From NCBI GenBank assembly GCA_034101885.1, contig JAXEIW010000042.1:1-62019 (forward strand): a stretch of DNA of 62,019 nt. The letters run 5' to 3'. Under the pieces are notes generated by a model. The model saw nothing but the letters and a program-made list of their open reading frames with translations. It searched no databases and was not told the DNA's origin. Numbering within the stretch: the first letter of the stretch is position 1; each line of letters opens with the position of its first letter. A program made the position numbers and the translations under genes. This document shows positions 17,333-24,910 of the stretch, in pieces. This DNA comes from Clostridia bacterium. Lineage in GTDB: Bacteria > Bacillota > Clostridia > UBA1381.

Positions 17333-19009
17333 TTAACAATTGTTTGATTCAATTTTGAAAATTGTACCGTATAATATATTTTCAAATTTTATTTTATCCT
17401 TATCGATACTTATTTTGGTGCTGTCGTCCTCCCATATTTTATAATCAATTACCGTTTTTCCGGGCAATGAAATCGATTTTTCCTCTACTGATTGAGGTTC
17501 TTTCAAATCTCTTAAAACATTTTTCCAGCTATCGGATTTGTTTCGGATAAATCCCAAGCTAACGGTTTTTCCCTTTAAAATAAATATATAAAGTTTATCA
17601 TCGGAAAAATCCTGCGGTTCAAATTCCTCATTTTGAAAATCAACACTGTTAAGCATATTTTTAAGCGGCTTGTAATACTTGTAAAGATTTTTTGATTCAA
17701 CATACCTCTCGTCCCAGTGCCATATATTTCCGCATCCTGCGCATCCCAAAAACACAGGTGTATATACACAGTCAACAAAAATCATACCTCTGTCATCACA
17801 TGAATAATATTTAAATTCTCCGCTGTGATGATTGTTTACTGCACCTGTTTCCGCAACAAAAAACGGCATATTTTCTTTTTTTACACGTTTTACCCCGTAC
17901 TGAAGCATTTCTATCGGATTATTTCTTGTATCTGTATATATTCCACCCTGATCCAAATAGCGGTGCATTTGTTTAAAATCACATTTATTCCAGCAAAATG
18001 CATTGTAATTTCCAAGAACCTCCTCCGAATCAAGACTTCCTATTGAATTTGTTACCATCGTATCGGGAAAAAGTTTTTTTACCTTCGGCAGCATTTCTTC
18101 ATTCCATGCGTAAATTTCCGAATAGAGCTGTCCCCATTCTTCACCGAGGCAATTCATTTCATTCCAAAGCTCTATGGCAAAAATTTCGGTATCAGCGGCA
18201 TATCTTTTTGCAAATTCCCTTATTTTATTCAGCCATGCTTCTTTCCATTTGTCGCTTGTAAGCCACTCTTTTGCACTACTGCATTTTTCACCGTTCAGAT
18301 ACAAATTTTTATTAAAATATCTGAAAACATTTGAATTGTTTTTCTTGTCGTAAAAAAACCACCTAAACTGATCTATGGTCAGCTTCAACTTGATACCGTA
18401 TTTTTTTGCCAAGTCCAAAAGCATATCAATTTTTGTAAACTGTGCAGCATCAAACACATCGGCTTTTTCTGTATCGGGTGAAAAATAATCATGCCCCATC
18501 CACACTCTTGCAACATTTACTCCGTTCTCCGAACATTTTTTAAACCATCGCTCATATTGTCTTAATCCCATATATTTAACATTACCGCTAAGCCCAAACT
18601 CTTTACCGTCAGAAACACCGCAGGCTCTCGGGAAAGCCGTATTTATTCCTACAGAGTAAAAAGATGTTCCGTCCGAATATGAAAAATATCTTTTATCCTT
18701 TCCGTTTACTCCTATAAACCCTTTTTTGCAATATCCCTTTGCTGTAAATTCTTCCTTTTTTATTTTTCCTTTTTCTGATGTTGTTTCAAGAGTATATCGT
18801 CCTTCTTCTTTTACCGTTAATCTTATTTTATACGATACTTTGCCGCATTTACTTAAATGCTCAATTCCCTCCTCATCATATATAAGCTCTATTGGCTGAT
18901 ATTCAAAAGGATATATTTCTGTTTTTCTTCCTTTATCGTCAATCAGAAAGCATGACTTTATTTGCTCACAGTATTCTCTTTCGATCCTTTCATAACATTT
19001 TATTTCCAT
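17333..19009 (-). CDS. GH5-like glycoside hydrolase (mannanase/mannosidase-type TIM barrel), cytoplasmic
   Basis: FAIELWNEMN (Asn-Glu acid/base), PFFVAETG (nucleophile Glu) and VARVWM. There is no signal peptide. GGAGGG precedes the ATG. Confidence 0.6.
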   Translation of the reverse strand: MEIKCYERIEREYCEQIKSCFLIDDKGRKTEIYPFEYQPIELIYDEEGIEHLSKCGKVSYKIRLTVKEEGRYTLETTSEKGKIKKEEFTAKGYCKKGFIGVNGKDKRYFSYSDGTSFYSVGINTAFPRACGVSDGKEFGLSGNVKYMGLRQYERWFKKCSENGVNVARVWMGHDYFSPDTEKADVFDAAQFTKIDMLLDLAKKYGIKLKLTIDQFRWFFYDKKNNSNVFRYFNKNLYLNGEKCSSAKEWLTSDKWKEAWLNKIREFAKRYAADTEIFAIELWNEMNCLGEEWGQLYSEIYAWNEEMLPKVKKLFPDTMVTNSIGSLDSEEVLGNYNAFCWNKCDFKQMHRYLDQGGIYTDTRNNPIEMLQYGVKRVKKENMPFFVAETGAVNNHHSGEFKYYSCDDRGMIFVDCVYTPVFLGCAGCGNIWHWDERYVESKNLYKYYKPLKNMLNSVDFQNEEFEPQDFSDDKLYIFILKGKTVSLGFIRNKSDSWKNVLRDLKEPQSVEEKSISLPGKTVIDYKIWEDDSTKISIDKDKIKFENILYGTIFKIESNNC

Positions 19010-19031
19010 ATAAATCCCTCCGCAATCTATG

Positions 19032-19045
19032 TAGAAACGTTTCTA
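19032..19045. promoter_or_regulatory. LacI-family operator O1 upstream of the GH5 operon
   Basis: Perfect 14-bp palindrome TAGAAACGTTTCTA with the central CG typical of LacI/GalR operators. It lies ~13 nt upstream of the GH5 SD. Confidence 0.7.
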
Positions 19046-19052
19046 TAAATCG

Positions 19053-19087
19053 TAAAAATTATTGAACCCGCTCTATATCGGGTTCAA
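19053..19087 (-). terminator. Stem-loop terminator directly after lacI-family gene
   Basis: TTGAACCCG - 8 nt - CGGGTTCAA starts 3 nt after the stop and is followed by UAAUUUUUA. Confidence 0.55.
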
Positions 19088-19089
19088 TA

Positions 19090-20088
19090 TTATTTTACCG
19101 ATTTACCCTCAACAATTTCACACTTTATTTTCTCAAAATCATCAGTCGTCTTATCATTAATAATATTAATAAGTATGTCGGTTGCCCTTTGTGCAATCTT
19201 AAATATAGGTATTTGCGAACAGGTCAGCGGCACATGCAAAAACTGAGAATAATTCTCAATATTTGCGGCAACAATCGAAAAATCATCGGGAATTTTAAAG
19301 CCGTATTCAATCGCCTTATCCATAATTTTTTTTGCAGTATCGGATTTGTTCGCCACCACTGCCGAAAAACCTTCCATAATTTCTTTATCAATGTCATTAA
19401 TATCAATCATTCTAAAATTCAGTCCGAATTTTTCCATTGCAATCTTATACCCCGTCATACGTTCATAATTTTCGGGATAGTCCTCAGAAATTTTCGGCGT
19501 AACATAAGTTATATCCTTATATCCTCTTTGAATTAAATATACGGCTGCCGTATAAGTGGCATCAAAGAAATCATACTTAAAATAACACGGCTTATCTGAA
19601 TCAAGCGACGTGTTAATAATAACATAAGGAACACCTGCCGCCTCCATTCTTTTTATATGCTCCTCCTCGTTTATCACATACTCCGACTTTACAGGCGCAA
19701 TAAAAACAATTCCGTCAATTCTCCTGTTTTTATAATAATCGATGTATGAATAATCATTAACATTTTTATTTGAAACAGGACATATTACCACTGAATATTT
19801 ATATTTGTTTGCCGTCTCCACTATTCCCTTCAGATTTTTTACAAACACATGATTATGTATATCCCAAAAATTTACTATACCGATTGAATAAGACTTCTGA
19901 ACCCTCATTCCGCGGGCAATATTGTTTGGAACATAATTAAGCTTTTTTGCCGCATCTTTAATAAGCTTTACTGTATTTTCAGAGTATTTTTTTTTGGTTG
20001 AGCCGTTTAACACATAAGAAACCGCCGATATACTTGTCCCTGCTTCCCGTGCAACATCTTTAATAGTAACTCTTTTTATAATTTTCAC
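19090..20088 (-). CDS. LacI-family transcriptional regulator
   Basis: HTH VTIKDVAREAGTSISAVSYVLNG plus a periplasmic-binding-protein-like core. The 5' part of the 382-aa ORF (to 20238) is rejected because a consensus promoter lies inside it. The start is set to GTG 20088, and AUU 20082 is possible. Confidence 0.8.
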   Translation of the reverse strand: MKIIKRVTIKDVAREAGTSISAVSYVLNGSTKKKYSENTVKLIKDAAKKLNYVPNNIARGMRVQKSYSIGIVNFWDIHNHVFVKNLKGIVETANKYKYSVVICPVSNKNVNDYSYIDYYKNRRIDGIVFIAPVKSEYVINEEEHIKRMEAAGVPYVIINTSLDSDKPCYFKYDFFDATYTAAVYLIQRGYKDITYVTPKISEDYPENYERMTGYKIAMEKFGLNFRMIDINDIDKEIMEGFSAVVANKSDTAKKIMDKAIEYGFKIPDDFSIVAANIENYSQFLHVPLTCSQIPIFKIAQRATDILINIINDKTTDDFEKIKCEIVEGKSVK

Positions 20089-20091
20089 CTC

Positions 20092-20109
20092 TGTAGAAAC
20101 ATTTCTACA
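20092..20109. promoter_or_regulatory. LacI-family operator O2 overlapping the lacI transcription start (autoregulation)
   Basis: TGTAGAAA-CA-TTTCTACA has 8-bp perfect arms and the same half-site as O1. It sits between the -10 box and the start codon. Confidence 0.65.
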
Positions 20110-20113
20110 AGCT

Positions 20114-20142
20114 ATTATAGCATAGATAAATTTTATTGTCAA
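20114..20142 (-). promoter_or_regulatory. Perfect consensus sigma-A promoter of the lacI-family gene
   Basis: The minus strand reads TTGACA - 17 nt - TATAAT. Confidence 0.75.
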
Positions 20143-20265
20143 CAATAAATTTAAAATTTGTAATTTTATTTTAAACATATGCATAAGATTTATTATCACC
20201 GCCGAATTATCAAAACATACTTTAAAAAAAACAGTCATTGTTATACGGCGGAATGGGGGATTTTT

Positions 20266-20865
20266 ATGAAGATAAACACTTTTTATGTAAATGAAAAGAA
20301 ATATTTAATAAAATGGATATATATTGTATTCGGATTACTATGTATAGGAATTACTGTCGGCGCCGTATATTGTTCTATGCTTAAAACAGCATCTTCCCTT
20401 TCTGTCAGCAATTATCTGAAGAATTTTTTTTCTTCTTATAATATAGAGGTAGACAAGTTTGCCTCCTTTAAAAGCTCTGTGTTTGAGAGCATAAAATTTT
20501 TTACAATTATTTTCTTATGCTCTTACATAAAGCCGGGCATAATAATAATCTGCGGATGTGCAGCCTTAAAGGGATTTGTTTCGGGATTTACGATTGCTTC
20601 ATTTATAAAATTCTATAAGGTCAAAGGGCTTCTTGTTTATATGTGCCGCCTGCCGTCAACCCTTTTCTTTATTCCTGCTTTTGTTTTTTTCTGTGCTTAC
20701 TCGATAATTTTCTGCATTAACAGACAAAAATCAGAAAAAAATAAGGTAAAAAAATACATATTGTTGTCATTTTGCTGTCTTACAATATTTTGTATTACTT
20801 CATTTTATGACGGCTATATTTCCACAATATTTATGAAGTTAGCAATTCCGCTAATCACAAAATAA
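20266..20865 (+). CDS. spoIIM: Stage II sporulation protein M (integral membrane)
   Basis: ~200 aa and multi-TM. The LKGFVSGFT...LPSTLFFIPAF pattern matches B. subtilis SpoIIM (LKGIVVGFT...LPQNLFLIPAY). It is adjacent to xerD, and the two genes also lie close together in B. subtilis. The ATG at 20266 lies behind GGGGGA. Confidence 0.6.
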   Translation: MKINTFYVNEKKYLIKWIYIVFGLLCIGITVGAVYCSMLKTASSLSVSNYLKNFFSSYNIEVDKFASFKSSVFESIKFFTIIFLCSYIKPGIIIICGCAALKGFVSGFTIASFIKFYKVKGLLVYMCRLPSTLFFIPAFVFFCAYSIIFCINRQKSEKNKVKKYILLSFCCLTIFCITSFYDGYISTIFMKLAIPLITK

Positions 20866-20921
20866 AAAGTTTTTTTAAAAAATTTTATCTATTTTTCCAA
20901 AATATAAATAGTATTTTTTAC

Positions 20922-20950
20922 TGTACAAATCAAAAAATATGTGCTATAAT
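20922..20950 (+). promoter_or_regulatory. Candidate sigma-A promoter (extended -10) for xerD
   Basis: TGTACA - 17 nt (ending TGC) - TATAAT, ~100 nt upstream of the xerD ATG. Confidence 0.4.
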
Positions 20951-21050
20951 AATAAAGTACCCTAAATTTTTGATAATATTAATTTAATGTTTTGGTAACG
21001 ATATATAAATATTTGATATACATTTGTAATCTTAACAAGGAGGTTATTTC

Positions 21051-21935
21051 ATGCTTGAATATGTAGATGATTTTGCTTATTTTATGGATAATACAAAACA
21101 CAAATCCATAAATACCATTCAGTCCTATAAAAGGGATGTATCACAGTACATAAAATACCTTAACACTAACGGCATAACCGATATATCAAAAACAACAAAA
21201 ACTACCGTTTTGACATATTTGATGAATTTACAAAATCAAGGAAAGGCATCTTCGACAGTTTCGAGAACTCTTGCCTCCCTGCGTTCTTTTTACCTGTTCA
21301 TAGTTCAGACAGGCACCAAAATGTCCGATCCCACAAAAAATCTCGAAGCACCTCATGTAGAGAAAAGGCTGCCTCAAATTTTATCGACTCAGGAGGTTGA
21401 TCTGCTTCTTGAACAGCCTGCAAAGAGCGATCCTAAAGGAATCAGAGATAAAGCAATGCTTGAATTATTATATGCAACAGGTATACGGGTATCAGAGCTT
21501 ATCTCTCTTGAGCTTCATGATATTAACTTATCTGTCGGATTTATAAACTGTCATTCCGGCAAAAAAGAAAGAATTATTCCAATAGGCAATATTGCAAAAT
21601 CCGCTTTAAATAATTACATAGAAAACGCAAGAAACGAAATGATTTCATCACCCGATACAACGCTTTTATTTGTTAACTGCAACGGTACCGGGTTATCGCG
21701 CCAAGGCTTTTGGAAAATAATAAAACAGTACGGAAAACAAGCTAATATAACCTGCGATATAACGCCTCATACTCTAAGACATTCCTTTGCCGCTCACCTT
21801 TTGGAAAACGGCGCCGATTTGAAATCAATCCAGGAAATGTTAGGTCATTCCGATATTTCTTCAACACAGATTTATTCTCATCTAATGAAAAGTAAGCTTA
21901 AGGATGTTTATACAAAAGCGCATCCCCGTGCATAG
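21051..21935 (+). CDS. xerD: Site-specific tyrosine recombinase XerD
   Basis: LSRQGFWKIIK and HTLRHSFAAHLLENGADLKSIQEMLGHSDISSTQIYSHL (the R..HxxR..Y catalytic set). AAGGAGG precedes the ATG. Confidence 0.9.
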   Translation: MLEYVDDFAYFMDNTKHKSINTIQSYKRDVSQYIKYLNTNGITDISKTTKTTVLTYLMNLQNQGKASSTVSRTLASLRSFYLFIVQTGTKMSDPTKNLEAPHVEKRLPQILSTQEVDLLLEQPAKSDPKGIRDKAMLELLYATGIRVSELISLELHDINLSVGFINCHSGKKERIIPIGNIAKSALNNYIENARNEMISSPDTTLLFVNCNGTGLSRQGFWKIIKQYGKQANITCDITPHTLRHSFAAHLLENGADLKSIQEMLGHSDISSTQIYSHLMKSKLKDVYTKAHPRA

Positions 21936-21950
21936 ATTTTACTGTAAAAA

Positions 21951-21999
21951 AAGTGCTGACTAACGGTTTTTCCGGTTAATCAGCACTTTGTATTTTTTT
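21951..21999 (+). terminator. Bidirectional rho-independent terminator between xerD and the convergent DUF4250 gene
   Basis: ~15-bp imperfect stem AAGTGCTGACTAACGG / CCGGTTAATCAGCACTT, with an A run before it and TGTATTTTTTT after it. Confidence 0.75.
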
Positions 22000-22013
22000 A
22001 GGTATAATACATA

Positions 22014-22187
22014 TTATTTATATTGGTTTAAATCTTTAATATATTCATATCCAACGCTTTCGAGTTTACTGTCAATAATTTCTTTTTCCACCCCGAAATC
22101 ACTACAGAACTCTTCTATGCTTTTATATTTATCTCTCAATTTTGTATTCACAAAGCTTAAAAGTATAATAGGATCTTCCGGTAACAT
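22014..22187 (-). CDS. DUF4250-like small protein (57 aa); not in the supplied ORF track, which lists nothing shorter than 60 aa
   Basis: My own translation is MLPEDPIILLSFVNTKLRDKYKSIEEFCSDFGVEKEIIDSKLESVGYEYIKDLNQYK. GGAGGAAATAT precedes the ATG. The LP.DP..LLS.VN..LRD.Y pattern is as I recall it for DUF4250. Confidence 0.6.
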   Translation of the reverse strand: MLPEDPIILLSFVNTKLRDKYKSIEEFCSDFGVEKEIIDSKLESVGYEYIKDLNQYK

Positions 22188-22205
22188 ATATTTCCTCCGT
22201 GTATG

Positions 22206-22751
22206 TTATGAAATAACATATTCTTTTATAATGTTGTTATTAAAATCTTTAATGGTAAATTTACCGTTTTCGTATATCATGTAAGTCTTAGGATTATTTT
22301 CCTTAGGCAACGATACCGAACCGGGATTTAAATATATATAATTTTCTCTTTTTTCAGCAGACAATACATGAGTATGACCGCATATCATAATATCATTGTT
22401 TTTTATTTTCAACTTGTTTTCATTATTGAAAATATGTCCGTGAGTTACAAACATCCTCCTATTGCCGTCAAGAATAACAACATAATCGGAAAGCATAGGA
22501 AAATTCAAAACCATTTGATCAACCTCGCTGTCACAGTTTCCTCTGACAGCCGTTATATGTTCCGAAACAGAATTTAATATTTCTATTACTTTTTTCGGCT
22601 CATAATTTTTCGGCAAATTATTTCTCGGTCCGTGATACAGCAAATCTCCGCATAAAACAAGATTATCTGCTTTTTCCTCATAAAATTTTTTCTTTAAATT
22701 TTCACAATCCGCGGCATCGCCGTGAATGTCCGATGCAAATAATATTTTCAT
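22206..22751 (-). CDS. yfcE: YfcE/MJ0936-family metallophosphoesterase
   Basis: SDIHGD, CGDLLYHGPRN, GNCD, THGH and GHTH. Confidence 0.85.
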   Translation of the reverse strand: MKILFASDIHGDAADCENLKKKFYEEKADNLVLCGDLLYHGPRNNLPKNYEPKKVIEILNSVSEHITAVRGNCDSEVDQMVLNFPMLSDYVVILDGNRRMFVTHGHIFNNENKLKIKNNDIMICGHTHVLSAEKRENYIYLNPGSVSLPKENNPKTYMIYENGKFTIKDFNNNIIKEYVIS

Positions 22752-22821
22752 AAAAGACCTCCATTACGCCCCTCACGGCGTACAAATACTATAACAATCA
22801 AAAGTACCTCTCTCATTATAT

Positions 22822-24198
22822 TTATTGTTCGTTTGATGTGTAATCTATATTTACAAATTTTGTATATCGTCCCTGCCAGCCCAATTCAAATTTACCGGTC
22901 GAACCGCTTCTTTGCTTTGCAATAATTACTTCCGCAATATTTTTTTTCGTCGATTCCGGATTATAATAATCATTACGATACAAAAACATTACCAAATCAG
23001 CGTCCTGCTCTATCGCTCCCGATTCACGGAGATCTGAAAGCATAGGTCGTTTATCACTTCTTGATTCACTTGTTCTTGACAGCTGCGATAATGCAATAAC
23101 AGGGATATCAAGCTCTTTTGCAAGAATTTTTAAAGATCTGGAAATCTCTGAAATTTCCTGTTGACGGGATTCTGTTCTTCCTGTCCCCTGCATCAGCTGC
23201 AAATAATCTATAACTACCAACCCAAGATTTTTGGTTTGCTTTAATCTCCTGCACTTTGCTCTGATTTCAGACACCGAAATCGATGAGGTATCATCTATGT
23301 AAATAGGTGCTGCGGATATTGTATCTATTTTTGAACAAATCTGCATCCAATCATCAGCCGTAAATTCACCGTTTCTTATATTTTGAGAATCAACCAAAGC
23401 CTGTGAACAAATAATACGATTGACAATCATGCTTTTTGACATTTCGAGGTTAAATATCGCTACGGGTATATTATTATCAATTGCCGCATTTTCGGCAATA
23501 TTTACCGCAAAGCTCGACTTACCCATACCCGGACGTCCGGCAATTATTATCAATTCACCGCCGTGCAACCCGCCCGTTGCATTGTTAATACAGTTAAACC
23601 CTGTCGGTATACCCGTAACATTCCCCTTGTTAAGAGAATTTTGAACCATGTCGTCATAGGCAGTCATCATTATATCGCTTATATGTACAATGTCAGACTG
23701 TTCCTTGTCCGACGCAACATCCAAAATCATCTGTTCCGAACGGTCAAGTATTCTGTCGGTTACGTCATCTTCATCGTATGCCATGTTAAGAATACTCTGT
23801 GTATTATAAATCAAATGACGAAGGGTAGCTTTATCCTTTATAATTTTAGCGTAGTACTCAACATTCCCCGTAGTAGGCGCATTTACAACCAGCGATGTAA
23901 GATACTGAATATTTCCCACTGCGTCAAGCTTGTCATGAAGATTCAAACGCTCTGTCACCGAAACCATATCTATTTTTATATTTTCATTGAACAATTCAAG
24001 CATAACGGCAAAAATTTCTCTGTTCTGACTGAAATAAAAATCGTCCGGCTTAAGTATCTCACAAGCAGCACTTACCGCAAGAGAGCTTGAAAAAAGGCTT
24101 CCCAAAACGGATTGCTCCGCAATCTTGCTGTGAGGGAGCTGCTTATCCGCAAAATTCAATGACAAATTTTTTTCTTTATTTTGATTATTTTCTGACAT
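22822..24198 (-). CDS. dnaB: Replicative DNA helicase
   Basis: Walker A GRPGMGKSSFA, VIDYLQLM and SQLSR. The start is moved to the ATG at 24198 (MSENNQ), behind AGGTGA. Confidence 0.95.
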   Translation of the reverse strand: MSENNQNKEKNLSLNFADKQLPHSKIAEQSVLGSLFSSSLAVSAACEILKPDDFYFSQNREIFAVMLELFNENIKIDMVSVTERLNLHDKLDAVGNIQYLTSLVVNAPTTGNVEYYAKIIKDKATLRHLIYNTQSILNMAYDEDDVTDRILDRSEQMILDVASDKEQSDIVHISDIMMTAYDDMVQNSLNKGNVTGIPTGFNCINNATGGLHGGELIIIAGRPGMGKSSFAVNIAENAAIDNNIPVAIFNLEMSKSMIVNRIICSQALVDSQNIRNGEFTADDWMQICSKIDTISAAPIYIDDTSSISVSEIRAKCRRLKQTKNLGLVVIDYLQLMQGTGRTESRQQEISEISRSLKILAKELDIPVIALSQLSRTSESRSDKRPMLSDLRESGAIEQDADLVMFLYRNDYYNPESTKKNIAEVIIAKQRSGSTGKFELGWQGRYTKFVNIDYTSNEQ

Positions 24199-24351
24199 AT
24201 TTTTCACCTGTAAATAAAGATAATACTGAAATATGCAATAACAAAATATTTGTTATTGCATAAACAACAGTACATTAAATATTATTCAATAACAGACATT
24301 AGTCCCTATTCTCTTTCATATCTGATGAAAGGAGAATTTTTTGTCATGCAT

Positions 24352-24801
24352 TTATTTTGTTTCCTTTACTTCAACCTTTAATTTTGCCGTAACACCCGGA
24401 TGAACCTTAACATCAACTGAGGTTACACCCAATGTTTTTATACCGTCCGGCATAACAAATTTCTTTTTGTCAATTTTTATATGGTGCTGCATGGTAAGAG
24501 CCTCGGATACATCCTTTGATGTTATTGAACCGAAAAGCTTTCCGTTATCTCCTGCCTTTGCCGAAAGCGTCACAACCGCTTCATCTATCTTTTTAGCTGT
24601 TGCCTGTGCTTCTTCAAGCTCCACCTGCTGTCTGTATTCCCTGCTTTCCTGTTGGCTCTTCATAACATTTATGTTTTCTTTTGTTGCTTCCTTCGCCAAA
24701 TTTCTCGGTAGCAAAAAATTTCTTGCATATCCGTCAGATACATTTATCAAATCACCTTTTTTGCCCTGACCTTTTACATCCTGATTTAAAATAACCTTCA
24801 T
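24352..24801 (-). CDS. rplI: 50S ribosomal protein L9
   Basis: MKVILNQDVKGQGKKGDLINVSDGYARNFLLPRNLA. The start is moved to the ATG at 24801, behind GGAGGA. Confidence 0.95.
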   Translation of the reverse strand: MKVILNQDVKGQGKKGDLINVSDGYARNFLLPRNLAKEATKENINVMKSQQESREYRQQVELEEAQATAKKIDEAVVTLSAKAGDNGKLFGSITSKDVSEALTMQHHIKIDKKKFVMPDGIKTLGVTSVDVKVHPGVTAKLKVEVKETK

Positions 24802-24910
24802 AGTATATCCTCCATTCCGCCGCCGAAAGCGGCACATAATCAAGAAGCAATATAATAACATTGCTCAATTTGTATATTTTCTTCCGGCACAAACCGAAAA
24901 TATAAATAAC

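Noticed and set aside
20089-20238. N-terminal 50-aa extension of the LacI-family ORF given in the track
   Set aside because: A perfect TTGACA-17-TATAAT promoter and the operator lie inside it. The extension (MTVFFKVCFDNSAVIINLMHMF...) precedes the HTH, which in LacI proteins sits at the extreme N-terminus.
21988-22284. 98-aa + strand ORF downstream of xerD
   Set aside because: It starts inside the xerD terminator and has a low-complexity translation. The opposite strand encodes a well-formed SD-preceded 57-aa DUF4250-like protein and the end of yfcE.
24307-24345. Terminator-like hairpin with a T run on the + strand
   Set aside because: No + strand gene or promoter precedes it. On the transcribed minus strand it lacks a U tract, so I do not call it a terminator (it is mentioned only as a possible attenuator).
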